From a virus, in IMG/VR virus record IMGVR_UViG_3300047300_001121, positions 1-64,000 of that record: a stretch of 64,000 nt of DNA, one strand, 5' to 3'. Both the position numbers and the translations under genes were made by a program. This document shows, in pieces, positions 37,157-45,944 of this stretch. Position 1 is the first letter of the stretch. The number at the start of each line of letters is the position of its first letter. The notes beneath the pieces were generated by a model that saw only the letters and a program-made list of their open reading frames with translations, was not told where the DNA came from and did not search any database.

Positions 37157-37669
37157 ATGAAGGTCAAAGACCAGATCAAGGTGCGTCGCGAGCAGCTGGG
37201 CATCAGCGTCAACGAGCTCGCAAAACGTCTTGGTGTGTCTTCTCAGGCCATTCGGCACTGGGAGAACGGGCGCAGTTTCCCGGGTAAGTCGAAGACCGCT
37301 GCGCTGGAGACGGCGCTGAGCCTCAACATCGACTGGACCGAGGGCTCCAGGGCCGCCGCCAAGCGGCCGCAGATTTCGGGTCTGATTGACCCCAACGATG
37401 TCTCGCTGCTGCTGAACATAGCGCGGCTGCCGACGCCGGCAAAATCACTCATCGCCGACCTGGTCGAGATGTACGTGACGCTGGACGGACGTGCGGGCAG
37501 CTTCGCGCATCGAGGTAAAGAGAGCAGCGCAGAGGCTTTTCACGAAAAAGAATCGCAAGGAGAAAGTGCCCGTGGTACGAAAGCTACAAGAGCACCCAAG
37601 CCGGGTGCAAAAGGCAGCAAAAACGAAGAGCCCGACAAGCGTCATTCAACTCGTCGAAAGGCGGCGTGA
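37157..37669 (+). CDS. XRE-family HTH repressor without S24 peptidase domain
   Basis: IKVRREQLGISVNELAKRLGVSSQAIRHWENGRSFP. Confidence 0.85.
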   Translation: MKVKDQIKVRREQLGISVNELAKRLGVSSQAIRHWENGRSFPGKSKTAALETALSLNIDWTEGSRAAAKRPQISGLIDPNDVSLLLNIARLPTPAKSLIADLVEMYVTLDGRAGSFAHRGKESSAEAFHEKESQGESARGTKATRAPKPGAKGSKNEEPDKRHSTRRKAA

Positions 37670-37865
37670 CCCGCAGATCATCGAGCATTTGCAGGCTCTC
37701 CTGGAAGAGGCGAGGCAGGGTAAGGTGGTTGGGTTCATCGCCGCGGTCCACTACGGTGGCAAGGAGTTCGGGTACGTTGGGTCGGGTTCGATGTGCGACT
37801 GCCCAACGCTCGGGATCGCGTCGGCGCACAAGCTCGCAACAAAACTGTTGCATCACAACAAATAG
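37566..37865 (+). CDS. Hypothetical protein overlapping the repressor 3' end
   Basis: AAGGAG RBS, GTG at 37566, LQALLEEARQGKVVGF. Confidence 0.65.
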   Translation: MPVVRKLQEHPSRVQKAAKTKSPTSVIQLVERRRDPQIIEHLQALLEEARQGKVVGFIAAVHYGGKEFGYVGSGSMCDCPTLGIASAHKLATKLLHHNK

Positions 37866-37877
37866 TTGACGTATACT
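37848..37877 (+). promoter_or_regulatory. Promoter for the ncRNA array
   Basis: TTGCAT-N18-TATACT overlapped by CAACA..GTTG palindromes. Confidence 0.6.
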
Positions 37878-37883
37878 GGGAGC

Positions 37884-38720
37884 ACGAATTGCCATTCGCC
37901 ATCTCGTAGATGTGGTCCGGCGCAATGCCGGGACTCCTAGACAGCGTGCTGCAGCTGAATCTACGGCGCAGATGACACCGGGAAAGACTGGGCCATCACA
38001 CCAGCGGTAGCGCGTATTGCAAGCGCGCGGCGATCACCGCCAGGCAAGTTGCCTCCTCATCGTGCAGGGAAACCGACGGTGAAGTTTGGAGGGGGCGCCG
38101 GGAAAGCACCGGCCCGCTGATGTGATGGTGAATGCGCGAGCTGACGTGACCGAAGGAACCTCGGGCGGATAGGACAAACGGGTCGCAACCGTACCTTGTA
38201 ACGCCGCCATGCCGGAGATCAGCGCCGGCCACCATCAAAGTGCAGGCCGTATCGCGTAGCAAAGCCCGGGGATCGCAAGGTCGGCTCGGTGGCTCCGGTG
38301 AAGACAACCGCGATGACGCCCGGGAAAGACCGGGGTATGACGGCTCGTCGATGTGTCAACGATCAGGGTTCGCCGTCCTCGCCCTGATGCCGGACGATAC
38401 GTAACCGGCACCAACAAGGAAGCGGCTCAGCCAAAGCGCAGTCTCGTGAACGGGGGCTGTTAACCTGCTGAGGTCGGGCGCGCGTCACCGTGCCGGGGGC
38501 TGTATCCCGTGGGCCGCTTCCTTGTTGGTGATTGCGTTGGATAAATTCGGCTTCTCAGGTAAGGATACGCCCTGACACCAACACCCAGTGCGCGCTGGGA
38601 TACCACGCGATGACAACGTACGGAAAGACGTGCGCGGATCGCTGTAAGGCCCGCTGGGACCGACGAGAATCGGATGCGGATGGAAGTTCCGTAGGGCTCG
38701 CTTCGGCGGGCCCTTTTTTT
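37884..38720 (+). ncRNA. Tandem array of structured non-coding RNAs
   Basis: About seven stem-closed modules with recurring GATGAC..GGAAAGAC and GCCGG-loop-CCGGC hairpins; no credible ORF. Confidence 0.75.
38693..38720 (+). terminator. Intrinsic terminator closing the ncRNA array
   Basis: GGGCTCGC-TTCG-GCGGGCCC followed by T7. Confidence 0.9.
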
Positions 38721-38798
38721 GTGGTGAGTATGCAACAAACAGTTGTGACGCCAACAAAAGGTTGCGATAATGGTGACCCGAGTTTGAAGGAGGTTCAA

Positions 38799-38936
38799 AT
38801 GTTTCACTGGATGTGGTTGATCGTCACCCTTGAAGTCGGCTTCATGCTGGGTCTTCTTGTGGCCGGCCTGATTCACACGGCGCGCACGGAAGATGACTGC
38901 GAGGAGGCCTGCAGCAAGCAGTCCTTTGGTGTGTGA
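38799..38936 (+). CDS. Small membrane protein
   Basis: AAGGAGG RBS, single TM. Confidence 0.65.
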   Translation: MFHWMWLIVTLEVGFMLGLLVAGLIHTARTEDDCEEACSKQSFGV

Positions 38937-39310
38937 AGTGTCAGCACTGCGGCCATTCTGAGACCGACGTCGTCGAGTCGCGTGTCCTCATGGGCGGTGC
39001 ATACGTGCGCCGCAGACGCAGCTGCCCTGAGTGCGGCAAGACATTCTCGACCTACGAAATTGATGGCGGCATCTGGGGCACGGTGAAGAAGTGGGCCCTG
39101 GGCAGTCGCCTGCCGGCGCTCGAGAAGAAGCACAAGCTCAATCGCCGCAACGCCAAGATCGTGGCCATGATCAAAGCCGGCCACCAGTACAAAGACATCG
39201 GCAAGCAGTTCGGCATCGCCAAGACAACTGTCAGCCATATAGCCAGGCAAGCTGGCATCCCGTCGCGCAAGCGACCCAAGATCGCAACCCCATGGAGCGG
39301 CCTCGTATGA
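38933..39310 (+). CDS. NrdR-like Zn-ribbon plus HTH regulator
   Basis: MKCQHCGH...VVESR...VRRRRSCPECGKTFSTYE; C-terminal HTH. Confidence 0.8.
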   Translation: MKCQHCGHSETDVVESRVLMGGAYVRRRRSCPECGKTFSTYEIDGGIWGTVKKWALGSRLPALEKKHKLNRRNAKIVAMIKAGHQYKDIGKQFGIAKTTVSHIARQAGIPSRKRPKIATPWSGLV

Positions 39311-39606
39311 AGAAACTTTTCATGGCCCTCGTGGCATGCCTGTCTATCACCGTTTCAGCGAACTCGCTGCATGCGCCAAATGAAGCCGGAGGACGCATTG
39401 TCATCACTGACCGCCCGTGCCCGTCGTCAGAAAAGCTGCGCATGGCCTACGCCGTCGAAGGCTCGGGCGAGGTGCATGAAGGTTGCTGGGCGTTCTTCGA
39501 TGGCCTTGTCCACATCTTCTGGCCAGACAAGGGTGTTCGCACGGCGTACCCGCCGAACATCTTCATTCCGTCCGAAGCAAAACGCGGAAAGAGTGAAGAC
39601 GTGTGA
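39307..39606 (+). CDS. Secreted hypothetical protein
   Basis: Signal peptide MKKLFMAL...; NEAGGRIV, GCW. Confidence 0.7.
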   Translation: MKKLFMALVACLSITVSANSLHAPNEAGGRIVITDRPCPSSEKLRMAYAVEGSGEVHEGCWAFFDGLVHIFWPDKGVRTAYPPNIFIPSEAKRGKSEDV

Positions 39607-40031
39607 GATACGCCATTCGTCAGGTCAATCCGCGAGACCCCGAGATTTCGGCGTTGCTGCTGCGCATGCAACTCGAGTGCCTGCCGAGCGATCGTCCTGA
39701 ATCCACGAAGCAGGGGTTCTGGTGGATCTGCTACACCGAGACCGGCCAACCGGCCGGATTCTGCAGCATGCGCGCAAGCGTGCGCTGGCAAGAGACCGGA
39801 TACCTGTCGCGCTCCGGTGTGCTTGATGCGCACCAGGGGAACGGCCTGCAAAAGCGCATGATCCGCGCCCGCATCCGCAAGGCAAAGCAGATCGGCTGGA
39901 AGTGGCTGCTGTCCGACACCTCAGATAACCCGCCGTCCGCGAATTCGCTCATCGCGTGCGGCTTCAAGATGTACGAGCCACGAGACCCGTATGGGTTGAA
40001 GACGTCAGTGTACTGGCGCAGAAAGATCTAA
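39603..40031 (+). CDS. GNAT acetyltransferase
   Basis: YLSRSGV..HQGNGLQKRMI; NPPSANSLIACGF. Confidence 0.85.
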   Translation: MRYAIRQVNPRDPEISALLLRMQLECLPSDRPESTKQGFWWICYTETGQPAGFCSMRASVRWQETGYLSRSGVLDAHQGNGLQKRMIRARIRKAKQIGWKWLLSDTSDNPPSANSLIACGFKMYEPRDPYGLKTSVYWRRKI

Positions 40032-40033
40032 GC

Positions 40034-40480
40034 ATGAAACGCATGACCAAAGAAGAGGTCGAGGCCAAGATGGCGGCCGACAGAGCCCAATGGGAGGAGC
40101 TCAAGAAGCGACTGATGGAGGAGGAGCATCTCGACGACGACGGCTACCCCACCGATGCCGCGCTTGAGCTCATCGAGAAATGGTACTGGGACGACTGCAC
40201 CGGGCTGCTCGAGTTCATCAAGAGCATCTGGCACATGCGCTCCTGGGGCTGGACCGAGGTCAACGCGAATGAGCTCGACAAAGACGACGATGACTACGAC
40301 GAAAGAGGCGGCAAGCTTCTGTTCGTCTCGACGGCCGGCTGGTCTGGCAACGAGTCCATCATCCGCGCCTTCAAGGAAAACCACATGGCGTGGATGTTGT
40401 GCTGGGTGCAGTCGCGCCGCGGCGGCCACTTCATCTTCGAGCCGCACCAGTTTAAGGACGATCAAGGGGTACAGGAATGA
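40034..40480 (+). CDS. Hypothetical protein
   Basis: DDDGYPT...STAGWSGNE...RGGHF. Confidence 0.7.
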   Translation: MKRMTKEEVEAKMAADRAQWEELKKRLMEEEHLDDDGYPTDAALELIEKWYWDDCTGLLEFIKSIWHMRSWGWTEVNANELDKDDDDYDERGGKLLFVSTAGWSGNESIIRAFKENHMAWMLCWVQSRRGGHFIFEPHQFKDDQGVQE

Positions 40481-40698
40481 CGGAAGAGCAACTCGAAGCC
40501 GCTGCACGCAAGCTTTGCGAGATTCGCGGGATTGACCCCGACAAAAGTGTGCCGCACGGCGCGCCGCCAAACGACATGGGCTACGTGCCTTCCGTGCTGC
40601 TTTACGCGCCGGCATGGCGCCTGGTGGCAAGCGAGATCCGCAACTTCTACCAGATCGCTCAGGCCCTGGATTCTGTGCTCGGCGGAAACCTGCCGTGA
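40477..40698 (+). CDS. Hypothetical protein
   Basis: AARKLC..RGIDPD. Confidence 0.65.
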   Translation: MTEEQLEAAARKLCEIRGIDPDKSVPHGAPPNDMGYVPSVLLYAPAWRLVASEIRNFYQIAQALDSVLGGNLP

Positions 40699-40904
40699 GC
40701 GAGCGAGATCTCGCCAGGGTGTTGCTTGTGCGCGCCGAAGCCGTCAAGGCCGTTGCGTATCAGAGCTACGACCAGGCAATGCGCGAGGCCATGTACAAGA
40801 CCGCGCACACGTTCGAGGAAGCGGCCGCCGAGATCGGTCGGCTTCGCGCGCGCATTGCTGAGCTCGAGCTGAGTGCGCAGGCGAATACCCCACAAAAACC
40901 GTAG
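40695..40904 (+). CDS. Hypothetical protein
   Basis: GTGA overlap; EAAAEIGRLR. Confidence 0.55.
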   Translation: MSERDLARVLLVRAEAVKAVAYQSYDQAMREAMYKTAHTFEEAAAEIGRLRARIAELELSAQANTPQKP

Positions 40905-40920
40905 GGCTTTTATTTTTTGT

Positions 40921-40948
40921 TTGACGAGCCAACAATTTGTTGGATAAT
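40921..40948 (+). promoter_or_regulatory. Promoter TTGACG-N16-GATAAT with operator in the spacer
   Basis: CCAACAATTTGTTGG at 40929-40943. Confidence 0.75.
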
Positions 40949-40993
40949 CCAACCGTCTGTTCAACAGATTTACGCAACTTCTAGGAGCATTAC

Positions 40994-42187
40994 ATGACCG
41001 ACACGACAAACACCGCGGAAGCCGCGGTTTCTGCGCAGGAGCAAACGGCTGCACAAACCGACCTGACCCTGATCAACAACACCCTCACCGAGTTCGAGAA
41101 AGTGCAAGCCGGCCTGGCCGAGCTCAACCAGAAATACAACAACGTCGTCTTTGACGTGCGCACCACGAAGGGCATGGACGAAGCCAAGGCTGCGCGCCTG
41201 GCAATTCGTGAGCCGCGCTACGCAGTGAAGCGTGCGCTTGATGCAGCGAAGAAGCCGCTCAACGACATCAAGAAAAACATCACCGAGCGCGCCGACTACA
41301 TCACCTCTCAGTTGACCGCGCTGGAAGATCCGATCGATAAACAGATCAAAGCCGAGGAAGACCGCAAAGAAGCAGAGAAGCAGGCCAAGGTGCTGGCCGA
41401 GCAAGCCCGCGTTGCCGCGCTGCGCGAGCGCCTGGATGCCATCTCTTCGCTGCCGCTGAAGGCGTCAGGCAAGTTCTCCGCGGACATTGCCCTGGACATC
41501 CTGTACCTCGAGTCGCTACCAATCGACGAATCATTCGAGGAATACCTGCCGCATGCCAAAGCGGCCCAGGCCGAGGCGCTCGCCAAGCTGCGCGAGCTGC
41601 ATGACGCAACGCTGGCCCGTGAACAGGAGGCTGATCGCCTGGCTGCTGAGCGCGCCGAGCTGGAGGCAATGCGTGCTCAACAGGCCGCGCAGGCTGCCGA
41701 GCTCGAGCGTCTGCGCAAGGAGCAAGAAGAGGCTGCCGCACGCGCCGCTGCCGAGGCTGCCCTGGCCGCTCAGAAAGCGATCGACGAGGCCAACGCCAAA
41801 GCCAAGCGTGAGGCCGCAGAACGCGAGGCCTACCTCAAACAGCAACAGGATGCGTTTGAGGCCGAGAAGCGCGATGCCGAGGCCAAGCTCAAGGCGGAGC
41901 AGGACAGGGTGCTGGCTGAGCGCGCAGAGATTGCTCGTGCCGCCGCTGAGCTCGCAGCCAAGGAGGCTGCCGAGCAGGCCGCCCGTGAGCTCGCCGCGCG
42001 CAATGCCGAGCTGGCCAAGCAAGAGCAGGAGCGCAAAGCTCGCCACAAAAAGGCCGTCGACCGGGCTGAGCAACTGGTCGCCGTAACAATCCAGCACTTT
42101 GGGATTGAGCGCAGGCAAGCAGTTGACTTGATCATCGGCGTCGCCGAGACCATCAAATTCATCAACGAAGTAGAGGTGGCAGCATGA
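40994..42187 (+). CDS. Long coiled-coil protein (DUF1351-like) of the recombination module
   Basis: Ala/Glu-rich coiled coil, LEDPIDKQIK. Confidence 0.7.
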   Translation: MTDTTNTAEAAVSAQEQTAAQTDLTLINNTLTEFEKVQAGLAELNQKYNNVVFDVRTTKGMDEAKAARLAIREPRYAVKRALDAAKKPLNDIKKNITERADYITSQLTALEDPIDKQIKAEEDRKEAEKQAKVLAEQARVAALRERLDAISSLPLKASGKFSADIALDILYLESLPIDESFEEYLPHAKAAQAEALAKLRELHDATLAREQEADRLAAERAELEAMRAQQAAQAAELERLRKEQEEAAARAAAEAALAAQKAIDEANAKAKREAAEREAYLKQQQDAFEAEKRDAEAKLKAEQDRVLAERAEIARAAAELAAKEAAEQAARELAARNAELAKQEQERKARHKKAVDRAEQLVAVTIQHFGIERRQAVDLIIGVAETIKFINEVEVAA

Positions 42188-42396
42188 TGAGCGCCGCAAT
42201 CAAGCAAACGCTTCACCGCAACATCACGAACATCCTCGTCACGAAGATCGAGCCCATGTTCAAGGATGGGGTCGAGATCACGTTGATTGCTCGCACGCCC
42301 GGCAACAGCGAGGCCGATGTGCTCGTCACGTCAGAGCGCAACTTTGACGAGATCAAAGCGCTGGTTGACCGCAGCGCCGCACGGGAGGCCGTATGA
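42184..42396 (+). CDS. Hypothetical protein
   Basis: TLIARTPGNSEADVLVT. Confidence 0.65.
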   Translation: MMSAAIKQTLHRNITNILVTKIEPMFKDGVEITLIARTPGNSEADVLVTSERNFDEIKALVDRSAAREAV

Positions 42397-43346
42397 GCAA
42401 CGCACTTGCGCTGATCACCGGCGACATCTACGGCGCGCGTGACGCGTTCGATGCGGTCCTGGCGGATCGCTCAATCAACTTCGACCGTGAGGCCGAGTTC
42501 GCCATCCAGGTGCTGTCGCAAAACGACTACGCGCTGAAGCTGGCCCAGGGCAACCGTCAATCGGTTGTCAATGCCGTGACCAACATCGCGGCCATCGGCA
42601 TCTCGCTGAACCCCGCGAAGAAGCAGGCGTACCTGGTGCCGCGCGACGGCAAGATCTGCCTGGACATCAGCTACATGGGTTTGCTGGATCTGGCCACGGC
42701 CACTGGATCGATCAAATGGGCCAAGGCGGCCGTCGTTTACTCGGGTGATGGATTCACCCTCAACGGATTCGACAAACCGCCTGAGCACCAATTCAACCCG
42801 TTTGCCAAGGACCGTGGCGACGTGGTGGGCGTGTACGTCGTGGTCAAGACCGCGGACGGCGATTACCTCACTGAGGTGATGAGCGCTGACGACGTGAACG
42901 CCATCCGTGATCGCTCGAGCGCATGGAAGGCCTGGATCGCCAAACAGAAGTCCTGCCCCTGGGTGACCGACTGGGCGGAGATGGCCAAGAAAACGGTGAT
43001 CAAGCGCGCCTACAAGACGTGGCCAAAGACTGATCGCCTGGACGAGGCCATCCACCACCTGAACACCGACGGCGATGAGGGCTTGGTTGACATTACACCC
43101 AAGGCTGCACCGGTCACCACCGAGAAGGCGATCTTTGATCGCACGGCGTGGATCGAGAAGGCCAACAAGGCGGCGACGGTCGACGAGCTCGCAACGGTCT
43201 GGCGCACTGGCACAAAGGCCGCCAGTGAGGCCAAGGATCGCGACGGCTACGACGCGTTCAAGCGAGTCGTCAACGCGCGCAAATCCATGCTCGAGGGCAA
43301 GGCCAATGCGACTGACGCCGAGGTGAAGGAGGGGGCTACGGCATGA
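42393..43346 (+). CDS. recT: RecT-family single-strand annealing protein
   Basis: GISLNPA..QAYLVP, ISYMGL, PW.TDW.EMAKKTVIKR. Confidence 0.92.
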   Translation: MSNALALITGDIYGARDAFDAVLADRSINFDREAEFAIQVLSQNDYALKLAQGNRQSVVNAVTNIAAIGISLNPAKKQAYLVPRDGKICLDISYMGLLDLATATGSIKWAKAAVVYSGDGFTLNGFDKPPEHQFNPFAKDRGDVVGVYVVVKTADGDYLTEVMSADDVNAIRDRSSAWKAWIAKQKSCPWVTDWAEMAKKTVIKRAYKTWPKTDRLDEAIHHLNTDGDEGLVDITPKAAPVTTEKAIFDRTAWIEKANKAATVDELATVWRTGTKAASEAKDRDGYDAFKRVVNARKSMLEGKANATDAEVKEGATA

Positions 43347-43498
43347 GCATCAAGCAAAAGATCATCAAGACGCAGGGCGCAGACCGGATCAAAGAAGAGC
43401 TGGATATTGCCCTGCAAATGGGGTGGTTGGTTCAAACGCTGACCGTCAACTCTGAAACCGGCGCATGGATCGCCGTGCTTTACAGGGAGGCGGCATGA
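43343..43498 (+). CDS. Hypothetical protein (51 aa)
   Basis: ATGA overlaps at both ends. Confidence 0.55.
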   Translation: MSIKQKIIKTQGADRIKEELDIALQMGWLVQTLTVNSETGAWIAVLYREAA

Positions 43499-44133
43499 TC
43501 GAGCAAGGCTCCCCTGAGTGGTTCGAGCTACGCCGCGGCCGGGCAACTGGCAGTCACTTCGCTGACGTCATGGCGCAAGGCAAAGGCGGCGCCGAGTCCA
43601 CCATGCGTCGCAACTATCGCATGCGCCTGGCGCTCGAGATCGTCACCGGCAAGGTGATCTCGGACGGCTTCATGGGCAACAAGCACACCGAGCGCGGCAA
43701 GGAGCTCGAGCCCTTTGCGCGCATGGCGTACGAGTCGATCACCGGCAGCATTGTCGAGGAAATCGACTTCATCAAGCACAAGTTCCTGGCCGCTGGCGTT
43801 TCGCCTGATGGTCTGGTGAACGACGATGGCATGGTTGAGTTCAAGTGCCCAATCCCAGCGATTCACTGGGATTACTTGAACCTGCCAGCTGGCACGCCGC
43901 CGGCCGAATACAAGTGGCAAGTCTACGGTGAGATGTGGGTCTCCGGCCGACGCTGGAATGACTTCGTGTCTCACTGTGAAGATATGCCCGAATCCCTGCG
44001 GACGCACATCAACCGCATCCACTGGGACGACAAGATCATTGCCGAGCTCGACGCCGGCGTGAGCAAGTTCTTGGCCGAGGTGAACGTCACGGTCAAGGAA
44101 ATTCAGGAACTCGCAAGAAAGAAAGCAGCATGA
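43495..44133 (+). CDS. YqaJ/lambda-exonuclease family protein
   Basis: QGSPEWFELRRG.ATGS, SPDGLV, EFKCP, YKWQV. Confidence 0.92.
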   Translation: MIEQGSPEWFELRRGRATGSHFADVMAQGKGGAESTMRRNYRMRLALEIVTGKVISDGFMGNKHTERGKELEPFARMAYESITGSIVEEIDFIKHKFLAAGVSPDGLVNDDGMVEFKCPIPAIHWDYLNLPAGTPPAEYKWQVYGEMWVSGRRWNDFVSHCEDMPESLRTHINRIHWDDKIIAELDAGVSKFLAEVNVTVKEIQELARKKAA

Positions 44134-44435
44134 AAGACAGCATCAAAACGATCTTCACGGTGGCGCTCGCCAGCATTGGAATTGCAGCGGTATTGGCCGG
44201 GCTAACGGTTGAGCAGGGATGGGTGGTCAGCATCCTTTGGGGCTGGTTCATGGTCCCGATTGGCGTGCCAGCCATCAGCACCCCCATCGCAATTGGCATT
44301 GTGCTGACGCTGTCGGCGATGCGCATGAAGCGAGTGAAGAGCCCGGATGAAGAGCCCTGGGAAACGCTGGCATTCGCAGCCATTGCGCCGTTGGTCGCCC
44401 TGACCCTGGGGTGGATCGTCAAACAGTTCGTGTGA
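44130..44435 (+). CDS. Membrane protein
   Basis: LWGWFMVP; several TM segments. Confidence 0.7.
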   Translation: MKDSIKTIFTVALASIGIAAVLAGLTVEQGWVVSILWGWFMVPIGVPAISTPIAIGIVLTLSAMRMKRVKSPDEEPWETLAFAAIAPLVALTLGWIVKQFV

Positions 44436-44607
44436 CGGACGACTTCGCAGACAGGATTCTGGAGCACTTGGTCACCATGGCCAAGACTCCAGGATGGAAG
44501 CAATACGCGTGGCATGCCGCCAAGAAATACGAAGGAATCGACCCGCATCACCTTAAAGGGATGCAGGACAAGTTGAAAGAACGGATGTTGAAAGAGAAGG
44601 ATCAGCA

Positions 44608-45567
44608 ATGAAACTCGCAGTGATCGGTGGTGTGCATACCACCAAACCCATTCCCGGAGCAGACCGCATCCACCAGGCCGTCGTCGACTGTGGCGATGCC
44701 GGCGTCTGGACCGGAGTTGTGACCAAAGATATCGACACTGGCCACAAGGTCGTCGTGTTCTTGCAGGACGCGCTGCTTCAGCCCGGTCCTCGCTGGGACT
44801 TCATGGAGAAGAGCAAGTGGCGCGTTCGCATGGCTCGCTTCAAGGGTGTGCCAAGCGAGTGCTTGATTGTCCCGGCGGTTGGCCACGAAGACCTGCTGCC
44901 CATTGGCGCAGATCTGACTGAGCTGCTTGGCGTGACCAAGTACGAGAAGCCGATCCCCGTGCAGATGGCTGGCGAGGTGCGCGGCAACTTCCCGAGCTTT
45001 ATCCCGAAGACGGACGAAGAGAACTTCCAGCGCCTGCGCGACCTGCAAGAGCTGATGCATGGCAGCGACTGGGTGGCCACCGTCAAGTACGACGGCACCA
45101 GCTGCACGGTGTGGAATGACGAAGATGGCATGCACGTCTGCAGCCGCAACCTCGAGCTCAAGGAGTTTTCCGAGTCCGGCAAGGGCAACGTGTACTGGCA
45201 GGTCGCTCGCAAGTTTGAGCTGGACCGCCTGCCGCACGGCATTGCCATTCAGTTCGAGATCGTCGGCCCTGGAATCCAGGGGAACCCATGCGGCTACGAC
45301 GATCTGCAGATGGCGCTGTTCACGGCGTACGACATCAGCCGTATGGAGCGCATGCACTTCGGATCATTGACGCACCTCAGTCAGGGCTTCGATCTACCGA
45401 TGGCGGAGATCGTCGCTTCTGGCTTCGGCCACATCGACGAGGAGACCCTTCGCACAATGGCCGATAGTGCCGTGTACCAAAACGGAGCGCAGGCCGAGGG
45501 CGTGGTGGTTCGCGACATCAGATCGCTGTGGTCGTTCAAGGCGATCTCGCTCAACTACAAGGACTGA
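44608..45567 (+). CDS. RNA ligase, DRB0094/Rnl5-like
   Basis: PIPGADRI OB-like N-terminus, FIPKTDEE, motif I KYDGTS, FEIVGPGIQGN, EGVVVR, SFKAIS. Confidence 0.88.
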   Translation: MKLAVIGGVHTTKPIPGADRIHQAVVDCGDAGVWTGVVTKDIDTGHKVVVFLQDALLQPGPRWDFMEKSKWRVRMARFKGVPSECLIVPAVGHEDLLPIGADLTELLGVTKYEKPIPVQMAGEVRGNFPSFIPKTDEENFQRLRDLQELMHGSDWVATVKYDGTSCTVWNDEDGMHVCSRNLELKEFSESGKGNVYWQVARKFELDRLPHGIAIQFEIVGPGIQGNPCGYDDLQMALFTAYDISRMERMHFGSLTHLSQGFDLPMAEIVASGFGHIDEETLRTMADSAVYQNGAQAEGVVVRDIRSLWSFKAISLNYKD

Positions 45568-45571
45568 TGCC

Positions 45572-45847
45572 ATGGACCGCTTCAACGGATCTGACTACCA
45601 GCCCATGCGCGATGACGTCCGCTTGACGGGTCAGTTGCTGCGCGTGTGGAACGCTGTGTGCGACGGGCAATGGATGTCGCTTGACGAGATCTCGAAGAAG
45701 ACGGGGGATCCCGCAGCCAGCGTGAGTGCTCAGCTGCGCCATCTGCGCAAGCCGCGCTTCGGCGCCCACACGGTTGAGAAGAACTACCTGGGCAACGGGC
45801 TCTACAAGTATCGGGTGATCCCGAACAAGGTCGAGCTGGTGCGATGA
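45572..45847 (+). CDS. Winged-helix DNA-binding protein
   Basis: WMSLDEI...ASVSAQLRHLRKPRFG. Confidence 0.75.
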   Translation: MDRFNGSDYQPMRDDVRLTGQLLRVWNAVCDGQWMSLDEISKKTGDPAASVSAQLRHLRKPRFGAHTVEKNYLGNGLYKYRVIPNKVELVR

Positions 45848-45944
45848 GTTGCTTGAATCGGACGGCGCCTCTGCAAGGGGGCGAAGGCCCGGGATCCGGG
45901 CGGCACCGTCGGCGTATGTCGTAAGCGCCATCTACAATCGAAGC

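Noticed and set aside
37960-38640. Hammerhead ribozyme suggested by GATGA...GAAA words
   Set aside because: No CUGAnGA core, and GAAA lies in a hairpin loop rather than 3' of stem II
37884-38720. CRISPR or mini-array interpretation of the repeated hairpins
   Set aside because: Repeats are short, degenerate and irregularly spaced; no cas genes
37996-38876. ORFs 37996-38307, 38460-38876, 38485-38757 and the long N-terminal extension of 38532-38936
   Set aside because: No convincing RBS, R/P/S-rich non-globular composition, and overlap with strong RNA structure and a terminator
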